Source: an uncultured Acidobacteriota bacterium (GTDB taxonomy: Bacteria > Acidobacteriota > Terriglobia > Acidiferrales > UBA7541). Taken from it: a stretch of DNA of 32,000 nucleotides. The notes under the pieces were generated by a model that was not told the origin of the DNA, made no database searches, and worked only from the letters and a program-made list of their open reading frames with translations. Positions 24,523 to 31,762 of the stretch are shown one piece after another. The stretch lies in NCBI GenBank assembly GCA_963804545.1, contig CAWDQW010000002.1, positions 567,411-599,410 on the forward strand. The letters are read 5' to 3'. The translations under genes and the position numbers were made by a program. Within the stretch, counting starts at the first letter, position 1. Every line of letters starts with the position of its first letter.

Positions 24523-24588
24523 GAGAAACCCGGAGAAACCCGGGAGAAACCCGGGGACAGACGGGAAGTTTCCTCACCCTTTTCTTCG
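24523..24588 (+). repeat. Repeat family 2, copy E (left half: 3 iterons + arm)
   Basis: GAGAAACCCGGAGAAACCCGGGAGAAACCCGGGGACAGACGGGAAGTTTCCTCACCCTTTTCTTCGG, truncated after the core start. Confidence 0.75.
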
Positions 24589-24830
24589 GCGGGTGGGACG
24601 CCATTCAGATATGAATCTGAGTAGCGAAAAATACTCCCTTTTTCCTTCGCCATGCAACTGTGCCGGAGGGCACAGGAAATGCCACCAGAATTTCGCAGCC
24701 ATTCGCTTCGCGAATGCTTAGGTGCGCCCTTAAGCCTACTTGCGTAAACTTTGAATATCGCCCATTTGGGGCTAGCCGAAATAACGACTGCATTCACGAT
24801 TAGCCGTGTTGAACAACCAAGGAGACAAAA

Positions 24831-25679
24831 ATGAGTAATAATAAAGTTTGGTTTGTTACCGGCGCAGGCCGGGGACTCGGCATCAAGATTGCCCAGAAGG
24901 CGTTGGCCGCCGGGCACTCCGTTGTGGCGACTGGCCGTAACCCGCACGCGGTCTTGAAGGCGGTTGGCGCTCACGAAAACCTATTAACAGTTGCGCTAGA
25001 TATCACCGACGCCGAGGCTGCGGCCAAAGCAGCGGAAGCTGCCGTTCTCCGCTTCGGGCGCATCGACGTCCTGGTCAACAACGCAGGCAATTTCTACGCG
25101 GGTTATTTCGAAAACATTCGTCCAGATCATTTCCGGGCTCAGATGGAGACCAATTTCTTTGGTCCTCTTAACGTCACGCGCGCTATCCTTCCGATCATGC
25201 GAGCGCAGCGGAGTGGCCAGATTATAACGGTAACCTCGCTCGCGGGCCTCATCGGTCAGGAATTCGTTGTTGCCTATGCTGCCTCCAAGTTCGCGCTGGA
25301 AGGTTGGATGGAATCGCTCCGTTTCGATGTGGCGCCTTTCGGCATTCGCACCCTGGTGGTTGAGCCTGGGTTCTTCCGTACCGAACTACTGGTCGAAGGC
25401 GCATCGACGATATGGCCGGATATGGCCGTCGAAGACTACGCCGAGCGAACCAAACAAACGATCACGGCTTGGTCCGGCATGAACGGTCAGCAAGGAGGCG
25501 ATCCCGCCAAACTCGCGGCTGCAATTGTGAGGCTCTCGGATTCCGATAAGCTCCCACTGCGATTTATTGCGGGTTCCGACGCTATGGCGGCTGTAGAAGC
25601 CAATCTCAAGACCATCCAGGAGCAGATAGACGCACATCGCGACTTATCTGCGTCTCTTATGTTCGACAAAGGGCAATGA
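24831..25679 (+). CDS. SDR-family short-chain oxidoreductase
   Basis: VTGAGRGLG cofactor motif and YAASKFALEG catalytic YxxxK. AAGGAG RBS. Confidence 0.9.
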   Translation: MSNNKVWFVTGAGRGLGIKIAQKALAAGHSVVATGRNPHAVLKAVGAHENLLTVALDITDAEAAAKAAEAAVLRFGRIDVLVNNAGNFYAGYFENIRPDHFRAQMETNFFGPLNVTRAILPIMRAQRSGQIITVTSLAGLIGQEFVVAYAASKFALEGWMESLRFDVAPFGIRTLVVEPGFFRTELLVEGASTIWPDMAVEDYAERTKQTITAWSGMNGQQGGDPAKLAAAIVRLSDSDKLPLRFIAGSDAMAAVEANLKTIQEQIDAHRDLSASLMFDKGQ

Positions 25680-25695
25680 TTTGGAGCCTTGTGAG

Positions 25696-25820
25696 GCGGG
25701 TGGCAGCGCCTTTATTCCTGGGTGGCCTGTCGTTTGCGCTTTTGTCTCATGCAAACGGTGGGTCACTCTTCTCCGGTTCTGTCCTATCTACTCACTGCCC
25801 ACTATTCACTACTCACTCGC
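25696..25820. repeat. Dispersed repeat family 1, modules a + truncated b
   Basis: Matches 12995-13120. Sits between the convergent SDR and ribF genes and supplies the last codons of ribF. Confidence 0.8.
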
Positions 25821-26788
25821 GCGTTCAGCAACGAACGGCGGGTGCGAAGGCGGGTGAAGAATTTGTTGGCGGTGGCTATGTCTTTCGCGATTTGGGCGCG
25901 GAGTTCTTCGGGGCCGCTGAATTTTTTTTCTTCGCGGAGGCGCTTCCAGAAATGGATTTCGATGCGGCCCGGGGAGATTTCCGGAACGGGCTCGAGGATA
26001 TGCGTTTCGACGCTGAGGGACGAACCGTTGAAGGTGGGGCGCACGCCGATATTTGTGACCGAACGGCGAGTGCGCGATTCGCCCTCGAGAAGCGTGCGCG
26101 TGATGTAGACGCCGCGAGCGGGCAGGAGTTCCTGCTCGGGAGCGAGATTCAACGTGGGAAAGGTGAAGCGGCGGCCAGTGCCGGTGCCCGGGACGACTTT
26201 ACCGGTGAGGACGAAGGGACGGCCGAGAAGGCGGGCGGCATGAGAAACGTCACCTGTGGCGATCTCGCGGCGGATGATGGTGCTGGAGACGATTTCGTTT
26301 TTGCAGACGACGGGCGGGAGAATGACGACGTCGAAACCGCGGTCGGCGCCGAGCAAGAGAAGCATCCGCGCGTTGCCGGCCTGTTTGTGGCCGAAGCGGA
26401 AATTTTCGCCGACATAAACGGCGCGAACGCTCAGATCGCGGACGAGGATTTGGTCCACGAATTCTTCGGGAGTGAGTCTTGCGAGGTCGTGAGTGAAGGG
26501 GAGGACGAGGGCGGCTTCGATGCCGAGTTCGGCGAAGCAGCGCAGGCGCTGCTCGGTGGTGGAGACGCGCAAGGGAGCGGATTCCGGGCGAAGAACTTTT
26601 TGAGGTAGCGGATCGAAGGTAAGAGCTGTGGGTACAGCTTGGATTTCGTGGGCGCGTGCGACGGAGGCGCGAAGGATGGCCTGGTGGCCGAGATGAATGC
26701 CATCAAAATTGCCAATGGCGAGGGTGCTGCCGGTTTGCGATTTGCCATAACGAATCGACCACGCCAGCGGCGTGGAGAAAATCTCGAG
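25802..26788 (-). CDS. ribF: Bifunctional riboflavin kinase / FMN adenylyltransferase; start codon unresolved
   Basis: GNFDGIHLGHQ (encoded at 26681-26713), GRRFTFPTLN and ETHILE motifs. The frame is open upstream, but the first ATG/GTG/TTG is TTG 26572, downstream of the adenylyltransferase motif. The N-terminus by homology is about LEIFSTPLAW (26788). Confidence 0.8.
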   Translation of the reverse strand, partial: LEIFSTPLAWSIRYGKSQTGSTLAIGNFDGIHLGHQAILRASVARAHEIQAVPTALTFDPLPQKVLRPESAPLRVSTTEQRLRCFAELGIEAALVLPFTHDLARLTPEEFVDQILVRDLSVRAVYVGENFRFGHKQAGNARMLLLLGADRGFDVVILPPVVCKNEIVSSTIIRREIATGDVSHAARLLGRPFVLTGKVVPGTGTGRRFTFPTLNLAPEQELLPARGVYITRTLLEGESRTRRSVTNIGVRPTFNGSSLSVETHILEPVPEISPGRIEIHFWKRLREEKKFSGPEELRAQIAKDIATANKFFTRLRTRRSLLNARVSSE

Positions 26789-27636
26789 CGCAGCGGAGGA
26801 CGTGGCAGCGACGGAATTTGTGGAAGCCCCGGCGCGGCGGATTCGTCCACGGTCACTTCGAGTTCGAGGCCGTCGTAGGCGAGATGGACGTTCGAATGGC
26901 CGAGATGGCGCAGGCGTTCGGTGGTTTCGGCGTGAGAGAGATCGTGGGCGATGTGCGTGAACCAGGCGCGGCGCGGGTTGAGTTTTTTGATCAGCGCGAG
27001 AGCTTGATCCACGGTTTGATGCATGGGGTGAGGAATGTCGCGCAAGGCGTCGATGATGAGTTCATCGAGATCGTGCAATAGGGCGAGCGAGGAATCGGGC
27101 AGCGAGCTGAAATCCGTCAGATAAGCCGCGCGGCCGAAACGAAAACCGAGGACTTCCATGTCGCCGTGGAGAAGCGGAATGGGAGTGAACGTGATGCCCA
27201 GGAGTTCGAACGGTTCCTTGGCTTCGCGAAGGGTGACGCTCGGAATGGAACTGAGCTTGGGCTTGCCGTCGAAGACATACGCAAAGGCGCGGCGGATGAT
27301 TTCGAAAGTCTCGGCGTTCGAATAGACGGGAAGCGCCGTTTGCTGGCGCAGATTGTAGGGACGAATGTCGTCGAATCCCATAATGTGATCTGCGTGTCCG
27401 TGGGTGAGGAGAATTGCATCGAGGCGATCGACTCCGGCGCGCAGGCCTTGCTGGCGAAAATCAGGAGTGGTGTCGATGACGACGTTTTGGCCATTGCGGG
27501 AGAGGAGCAGGGAAGGGCGGAGCCGCTTGTCGTGGGGATCTTGCGAACTGCAGACGCGGCAGTGGCATCCGAGCGAGGGAACGCCCATGGACGTGCCGGA
27601 GCCGAGTACGGTGATTTTTAGCGGAGCCGAGGGCAT
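26431..27636 (-). CDS. MBL-fold metallo-hydrolase; homology ends near 26841, and the ORF runs on for about 136 codons over ribF in another frame
   Basis: LLTHGHADH motif. The typical ~260-aa MBL protein ends ...HLAYDGLELEV. The tail SAAPGLPQIPSLPRPPLRSRFSPRRWRGRF... is Pro/Arg-rich and looks out of frame. Confidence 0.8.
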   Translation of the reverse strand: MPSAPLKITVLGSGTSMGVPSLGCHCRVCSSQDPHDKRLRPSLLLSRNGQNVVIDTTPDFRQQGLRAGVDRLDAILLTHGHADHIMGFDDIRPYNLRQQTALPVYSNAETFEIIRRAFAYVFDGKPKLSSIPSVTLREAKEPFELLGITFTPIPLLHGDMEVLGFRFGRAAYLTDFSSLPDSSLALLHDLDELIIDALRDIPHPMHQTVDQALALIKKLNPRRAWFTHIAHDLSHAETTERLRHLGHSNVHLAYDGLELEVTVDESAAPGLPQIPSLPRPPLRSRFSPRRWRGRFVMANRKPAAPSPLAILMAFISATRPSFAPPSHAPTKSKLYPQLLPSIRYLKKFFARNPLPCASPPPSSACAASPNSASKPPSSSPSLTTSQDSLPKNSWTKSSSAI

Positions 27637-27700
27637 GCTGAGAATGCTGAAACTCGTTCGAAAGCCGGGCCGAATTCGCTGTTACAAAGATTGCGGCATT

Positions 27701-28177
27701 TTAGGGCCGCGTCTTGGCTTTTGCCTGCGTTGCGGCTTGGGCCGCGACTGCTTGATTGACCTCCAGATAGGTCATTTTCAATTTGCCCAAAAGATCGAGC
27801 AAGAGAGTGTCTTCCTCGGGCGCGAGATTTCCTTTGGTCTTTTCGTGCAGGGAATCCAGCATGTCGATCAACTCATGGGCGGCTTCCGGATCGATCACGG
27901 GCTGGCCAGTGCGCGGGTCGGCGTAAGCGCCCAGAACCATGGCCGCGTTACTGCCCAGCATGCGGACCAGATTCTCGAAAGGCACGGAACGTTTGGGAAT
28001 TTCGACGGGAGCTGATGGCGCGGCGGGCTTGGGAGCTTCGGCGACGGGATGCAGCTTTTCCTCGCGCTTGGCCTCGCGTTCCTTTTCTTCCGCGGCTTCC
28101 TTGCGGAGTTCGCCTTCAGCGGTAAAGGGGCGGCGGTCGATGACTCGGAAAGATTCTTCTTGCTTGTGATCAGTCAA
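27701..28177 (-). CDS. DUF1844 domain protein
   Basis: FENLVRMLGSNAAMVLGAYADPRTGQPVIDPEAAHELIDMLDSLHEKTKGNLAPEE matches the DUF1844 pattern. TTG start. Confidence 0.75.
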   Translation of the reverse strand: MTDHKQEESFRVIDRRPFTAEGELRKEAAEEKEREAKREEKLHPVAEAPKPAAPSAPVEIPKRSVPFENLVRMLGSNAAMVLGAYADPRTGQPVIDPEAAHELIDMLDSLHEKTKGNLAPEEDTLLLDLLGKLKMTYLEVNQAVAAQAATQAKAKTRP

Positions 28178-28353
28178 GGGACAATCCTCTTCGCTATTTG
28201 TCTGGATAAGTTTAGCACGGGTAGGAGAATTCGGAAGCGGCGCAATTCGGAGTGCAATTGGATACAGCGGAACTAAAAAGGGAAAGATGGGTTAAATAAA
28301 ATGGGTTAAGCTTTCGGAAAGGGAAGTCACAATTCGATGATAGGGGGAAGCGA

Positions 28354-29262
28354 ATGCGAGTAACGAAGCTCATGACGAAAATTCTGTCCACCATACTGAC
28401 GCTGGCGCTGCTGGTAGGCTGGCTGCCCGCGGCGGGCCTGGCGCAGGACCAGGACCAGAGTGCACCTCCACCCTCTTTTTCGCCGGACCAACTGGACAGG
28501 CTCACGTCACGGATCGCGCTGTATCCGGACCCGCTGCTGGCGCAGGTTTTGGCAGCCGCGACTTTTCCCGACCAAATTCCCGACGCCGCGAAATGGGCGG
28601 ATGAGCATCACTATTTGACGGGCGACCAACTGGCCACGGCGATTACGGAAGACCATTTGCCGTGGGATCCGGCGGTGCAGGCGATGCTGCCGTTTCCTAC
28701 CGTTTTAGACACCATGGCTTCGGATGTGAATTGGACGACGGACCTGGGAAATGCATTTTTGGCGCAGCGGCAGGACGTGATGGACGCGGTGCAGAGAATG
28801 CGGCAGAAGGCCAAGGATTTTGGCTATCTGCGGAGCAATGGACAGATCGTGGTGAGCGGCGGTCCGTACATTGCGATCGAGCCGGTGAATGCGGCGTTCA
28901 TTCCGGTGCCGTATTACGATCCACTCGTGGTTTATGCGGCGCCGCGGCCGGGGTTTGTGGTTGGGGCGGCGATTGGTTTTGGGTTCGGCGTGACGATTGG
29001 AACCTTCTTCCGTCCATGGGGATGGGGCTACAGCCGGTTCGACTGGGGCGCGCATGGGTTCTTCATCTATAACCGGCCTTGGGGCCGCGTTTGGGGGAAC
29101 CGGTTCACGTATGTACATGCGTATGGCCCAGGAGTGCGGCGTTGGGATGCGCCGCGCCGCGTGGAAGGGCATGCCTTGATACAGCGCAGCGCACACGAGC
29201 GGAATGCATGGCGAGAAGGGCGCGCGCGAACGGAAGAGCATCCGCATCCTCACAAGCCATAA
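28354..29262 (+). CDS. DUF3300 domain protein (secreted)
   Basis: Signal peptide, then LDRLTSRIALYPDPLLAQVLAAATFPDQIPDAAKW...LPWDPAVQAMLPFPTVL, the typical DUF3300 pattern. Confidence 0.8.
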   Translation: MRVTKLMTKILSTILTLALLVGWLPAAGLAQDQDQSAPPPSFSPDQLDRLTSRIALYPDPLLAQVLAAATFPDQIPDAAKWADEHHYLTGDQLATAITEDHLPWDPAVQAMLPFPTVLDTMASDVNWTTDLGNAFLAQRQDVMDAVQRMRQKAKDFGYLRSNGQIVVSGGPYIAIEPVNAAFIPVPYYDPLVVYAAPRPGFVVGAAIGFGFGVTIGTFFRPWGWGYSRFDWGAHGFFIYNRPWGRVWGNRFTYVHAYGPGVRRWDAPRRVEGHALIQRSAHERNAWREGRARTEEHPHPHKP

Positions 29263-29292
29263 CAGCCCTAACACGATAATCAGATACCTGGG

Positions 29293-29325
29293 AAACGCCT
29301 CGGCTTCGCCGGGGCGTTTCTGTTT
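29293..29325 (+). terminator. Intrinsic terminator after the DUF3300 gene
   Basis: AAACGCCTCGG-CTTCG-CCGGGGCGTTT forms an 11-bp stem with one G-U pair, followed by CTGTTT. Confidence 0.55.
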
Positions 29326-29417
29326 ACAAGGCGCCGCGAGCCGGTTGGGAGCGCCCTCCTAGCGTCCAGGATTTACCTCAGGCTCAGGAGATAGGAGTGG
29401 ACCGCGCGGTCCCAAAC

Positions 29418-29488
29418 GAAAACTTCCCGCCTGTCCCCATATTTCCCATATTCCCCCCCCCATAATTCGTCCCCATATTTCCATATTT
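29418..29488 (-). repeat. Repeat family 2, copy G (left half, reverse)
   Basis: The plus strand reads GAAAACTTCCCGCCTGTCCCCATATTTCCCATATTCCCCCCCCCATAATTCGTCCCCATATTTCCATATTT. Confidence 0.75.
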
Positions 29489-29562
29489 AAGAACTGGTTG
29501 CAGAAACCCAGGCAACACCCTCCCTCTGTAACTCGTATCGACTGCTGAACGAATGGGTGTCA

Positions 29563-31410
29563 TCAGGGGATCACTACTCCGAGATTTGCTGCGCCCATCT
29601 GGGCCCCTTCGGAATCTCGCACTACGGTGCGAACTAGAAACGGTCCCGGTTGAAGATCAAAGCTCAGTTTCACGTTTAGGCCCGTTTTGTTCACTCGCTC
29701 CAAGGTTGCATCTTTCAGCCGCATGTCGAGGACACGCTGCAAGCCGGCAAGCATGTTCCCGTTCTGGTCGAAAATAGCAGTAGTGATCGTCAACGTATCC
29801 TGGTTGCGTTCATCCACCTTACGAAATCTGAGTTCTCCCATCCCCACATGGGTGACTACTGTTAGGTGGGCTCCGTCCGTGCCCTTGAAGAATTGCGCCT
29901 GGCATTCGACGGGGAGTTCGTGGAGTTCCTCCTGCGAGAAGACCGCCTGCTGGATCTCCTCTCTGGCCGCCAATGCGGGGTTGGAATCGCCGCGCGGCGC
30001 GAAATATCCATGGCGAGCCTGCAGCGCCCATTTTTGTTTGCTCACTAGCGTCACTTTCAGATTGTGATATTTTCCATCAAGCTTTAGGTTTTGCGGCGCA
30101 AACCCCAAAACGTAAGAAACCTCCGGCTCTGCCGCGGCGTGCAGCAAGCCCTGATCAATATCGTTCCGGTCGTGAAAGAAAGTCCCCCCGGTGCCGTCGG
30201 CCAACTCCGCAAGCGGCGTGAAGTGCGTTTCTTCTTCCCTCATTGCGGATATGGTCTTCAGAGGACTGACAGAGGCGGTCGTGGGAGCGTTGGATGCGTC
30301 ATAAACCGAGGAAACGTACAGGCCCCGCGCATCAATCACATTGATCACGACATTTTCTTTTGTGGCCCGGTCGACGGCCTCCGCTGCCGGCAGATGCATG
30401 GATGGAAGCAAGAAAAATCCCGGCGACATCATCACGATGACGCGCTGTCCGGGCAGCACGCTCATGCGTCGAATTAAAGCCTGCAGAGTTTGATACGTAC
30501 GCTGCTCCTCCGCTTCCGCGATATTCAATACTGCAGCGGCCGCTGCCGCCACCATATTCGCGGCCGTCTGAGCCGCGGACGCCGCCACATTCGCGCCCGT
30601 CTGGCTCCCGGCTGCACCCACCGGCATTTCGCTGCAATTCATATAGTCTTGGATGGCCACCTGCATCGCGGTGGGATCGGTTGCGGCAGCGATCATAAAC
30701 GCTTCGTCCAAGGTCATCGGCGGACAGCCAGAGAGAGAGTTCTGGGCGAGTGAATGCGGCAAGATTCGCTGGACCGCCTCTTCGAGTTTCCCTCGGTCCG
30801 CGGTAAAATCCTGCTCCACTTGACCGGAGGTTGTGAAAATGGAGAAGCGGTCGCGAGCCCCCATGGCCGCGAAGAGCTTCGTGGCGGCCTGCCGCGAAAA
30901 CATGGCGTCTTGCAGCGAAAGATGGAGATCGTCGAAGAATAACGTGACGAACCTTTGCGGCAAATCTGCCGCTTTCACCGGCGCTCCCTCCGAAGTTGCC
31001 TCCCCAGAATCCCCCGTTGGCGCATGGGAAGCAGGAGTCTCTACGGAAAAACTGGAAATGATCTGTGGTTTGCGCTCGTCCGCGAGCTGAAAGTCTTCCT
31101 TCTTCAAATTCGTGATCACTTTTCCGTTGCTGTCGCGTACCACGACGCGCACTAGGACAACGTTCACGCGCACCTTAAACGTCGCCGGAGAATCGTGCGA
31201 GACAATTTCGTCGTTGGTTGCCTTCGCATCTGATTTGGGCGCGTTTTGGGATGTGTCCGCCGGTGGGGCTTGAGGAGCTTGCGCAGCAGCGGATTGCGCT
31301 TGCGAGTCTGCAATGGGCAAAATGAAGGTGAAGAGCGTGCTCCCAAGCAGAACGAACCGGACGGTTCTCGTTAGACCGCGCCAAGGGTCACCGTGTAGGA
31401 TCGCCACCAC
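29563..31410 (-). CDS. VWA domain protein with acidobacterial VWFA-related N-terminal domain (TIGR03436-like)
   Basis: FKVRVNVVLVRVVVRDSNGKVITNLKKEDFQLADERKPQIISSFSVE is the typical N-terminal pattern, followed by a VWA-like region (FVTLFFDDLH...). GTG start. Confidence 0.8.
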   Translation of the reverse strand: MVAILHGDPWRGLTRTVRFVLLGSTLFTFILPIADSQAQSAAAQAPQAPPADTSQNAPKSDAKATNDEIVSHDSPATFKVRVNVVLVRVVVRDSNGKVITNLKKEDFQLADERKPQIISSFSVETPASHAPTGDSGEATSEGAPVKAADLPQRFVTLFFDDLHLSLQDAMFSRQAATKLFAAMGARDRFSIFTTSGQVEQDFTADRGKLEEAVQRILPHSLAQNSLSGCPPMTLDEAFMIAAATDPTAMQVAIQDYMNCSEMPVGAAGSQTGANVAASAAQTAANMVAAAAAAVLNIAEAEEQRTYQTLQALIRRMSVLPGQRVIVMMSPGFFLLPSMHLPAAEAVDRATKENVVINVIDARGLYVSSVYDASNAPTTASVSPLKTISAMREEETHFTPLAELADGTGGTFFHDRNDIDQGLLHAAAEPEVSYVLGFAPQNLKLDGKYHNLKVTLVSKQKWALQARHGYFAPRGDSNPALAAREEIQQAVFSQEELHELPVECQAQFFKGTDGAHLTVVTHVGMGELRFRKVDERNQDTLTITTAIFDQNGNMLAGLQRVLDMRLKDATLERVNKTGLNVKLSFDLQPGPFLVRTVVRDSEGAQMGAANLGVVIP

Positions 31411-31571
31411 GAATCCTCTTCCCTCCGGCAGCGCACTCCGATGTCGTGCTAAATGGAACTAACCACGAGCCCCTTGAGACTTGTCCGGACTATGAATACT
31501 TGGGTGCCCAAATTCGGCTACTTCTAATGCTGTGACGCGAAAACCGGGCTTTCGGTTACGGGCGGGAGGAA

Positions 31572-31678
31572 ATGCGCCGCGCCGCGTGGAAGGGCATGCG
31601 TTGGTACCGCGAAATGAACTCGAGCGGAATGCATGGCGAGAAGGGCGTGCGCGAACGGAAGAGCATCCGCACCGTTAG
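31572..31678 (+). pseudogene. Duplicate of the DUF3300 gene 3' end (remnant of a paralogue)
   Basis: 100 nt at 31572-31671 match 29147-29246 with 9 mismatches by my count and no indels. In frame it reads APRRVEGHALVPRNELERNAWREGRARTEEHPHR*. Confidence 0.55.
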
Positions 31679-31738
31679 GTAGTGGCGTTAAGTCAAAAAT
31701 CTAAACGGGACGTGGCGCTACAGCGGTCGGGCCGGGAA

Positions 31739-31762
31739 GGGAGGGGCAAGCCCCTCCCCTAC
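31739..31762 (-). repeat. REP-like GTAG-headed hairpin variant
   Basis: GGGAGGGGC-AA-GCCCCTCCC followed by CTAC (the reverse complement of GTAG). Confidence 0.4.

Noticed and set aside
20989-24588. Integron-like cassette array with family-2 repeats acting as attC sites
   Set aside because: There is no intI integrase or attI/Pc in the window. The repeats lack the R''/R' GTTRRRY core organisation. The cassettes are in opposite orientations, and the operon has its own promoter-like site. The idea is kept only as a loose analogy in the finding.
25676-26608. 310-aa plus-strand ORF
   Set aside because: It is antisense to ribF, which has unambiguous motifs. Its N-terminus is family-1 repeat sequence, and its Gly/Ala/Glu/Asp-rich composition is not protein-like.
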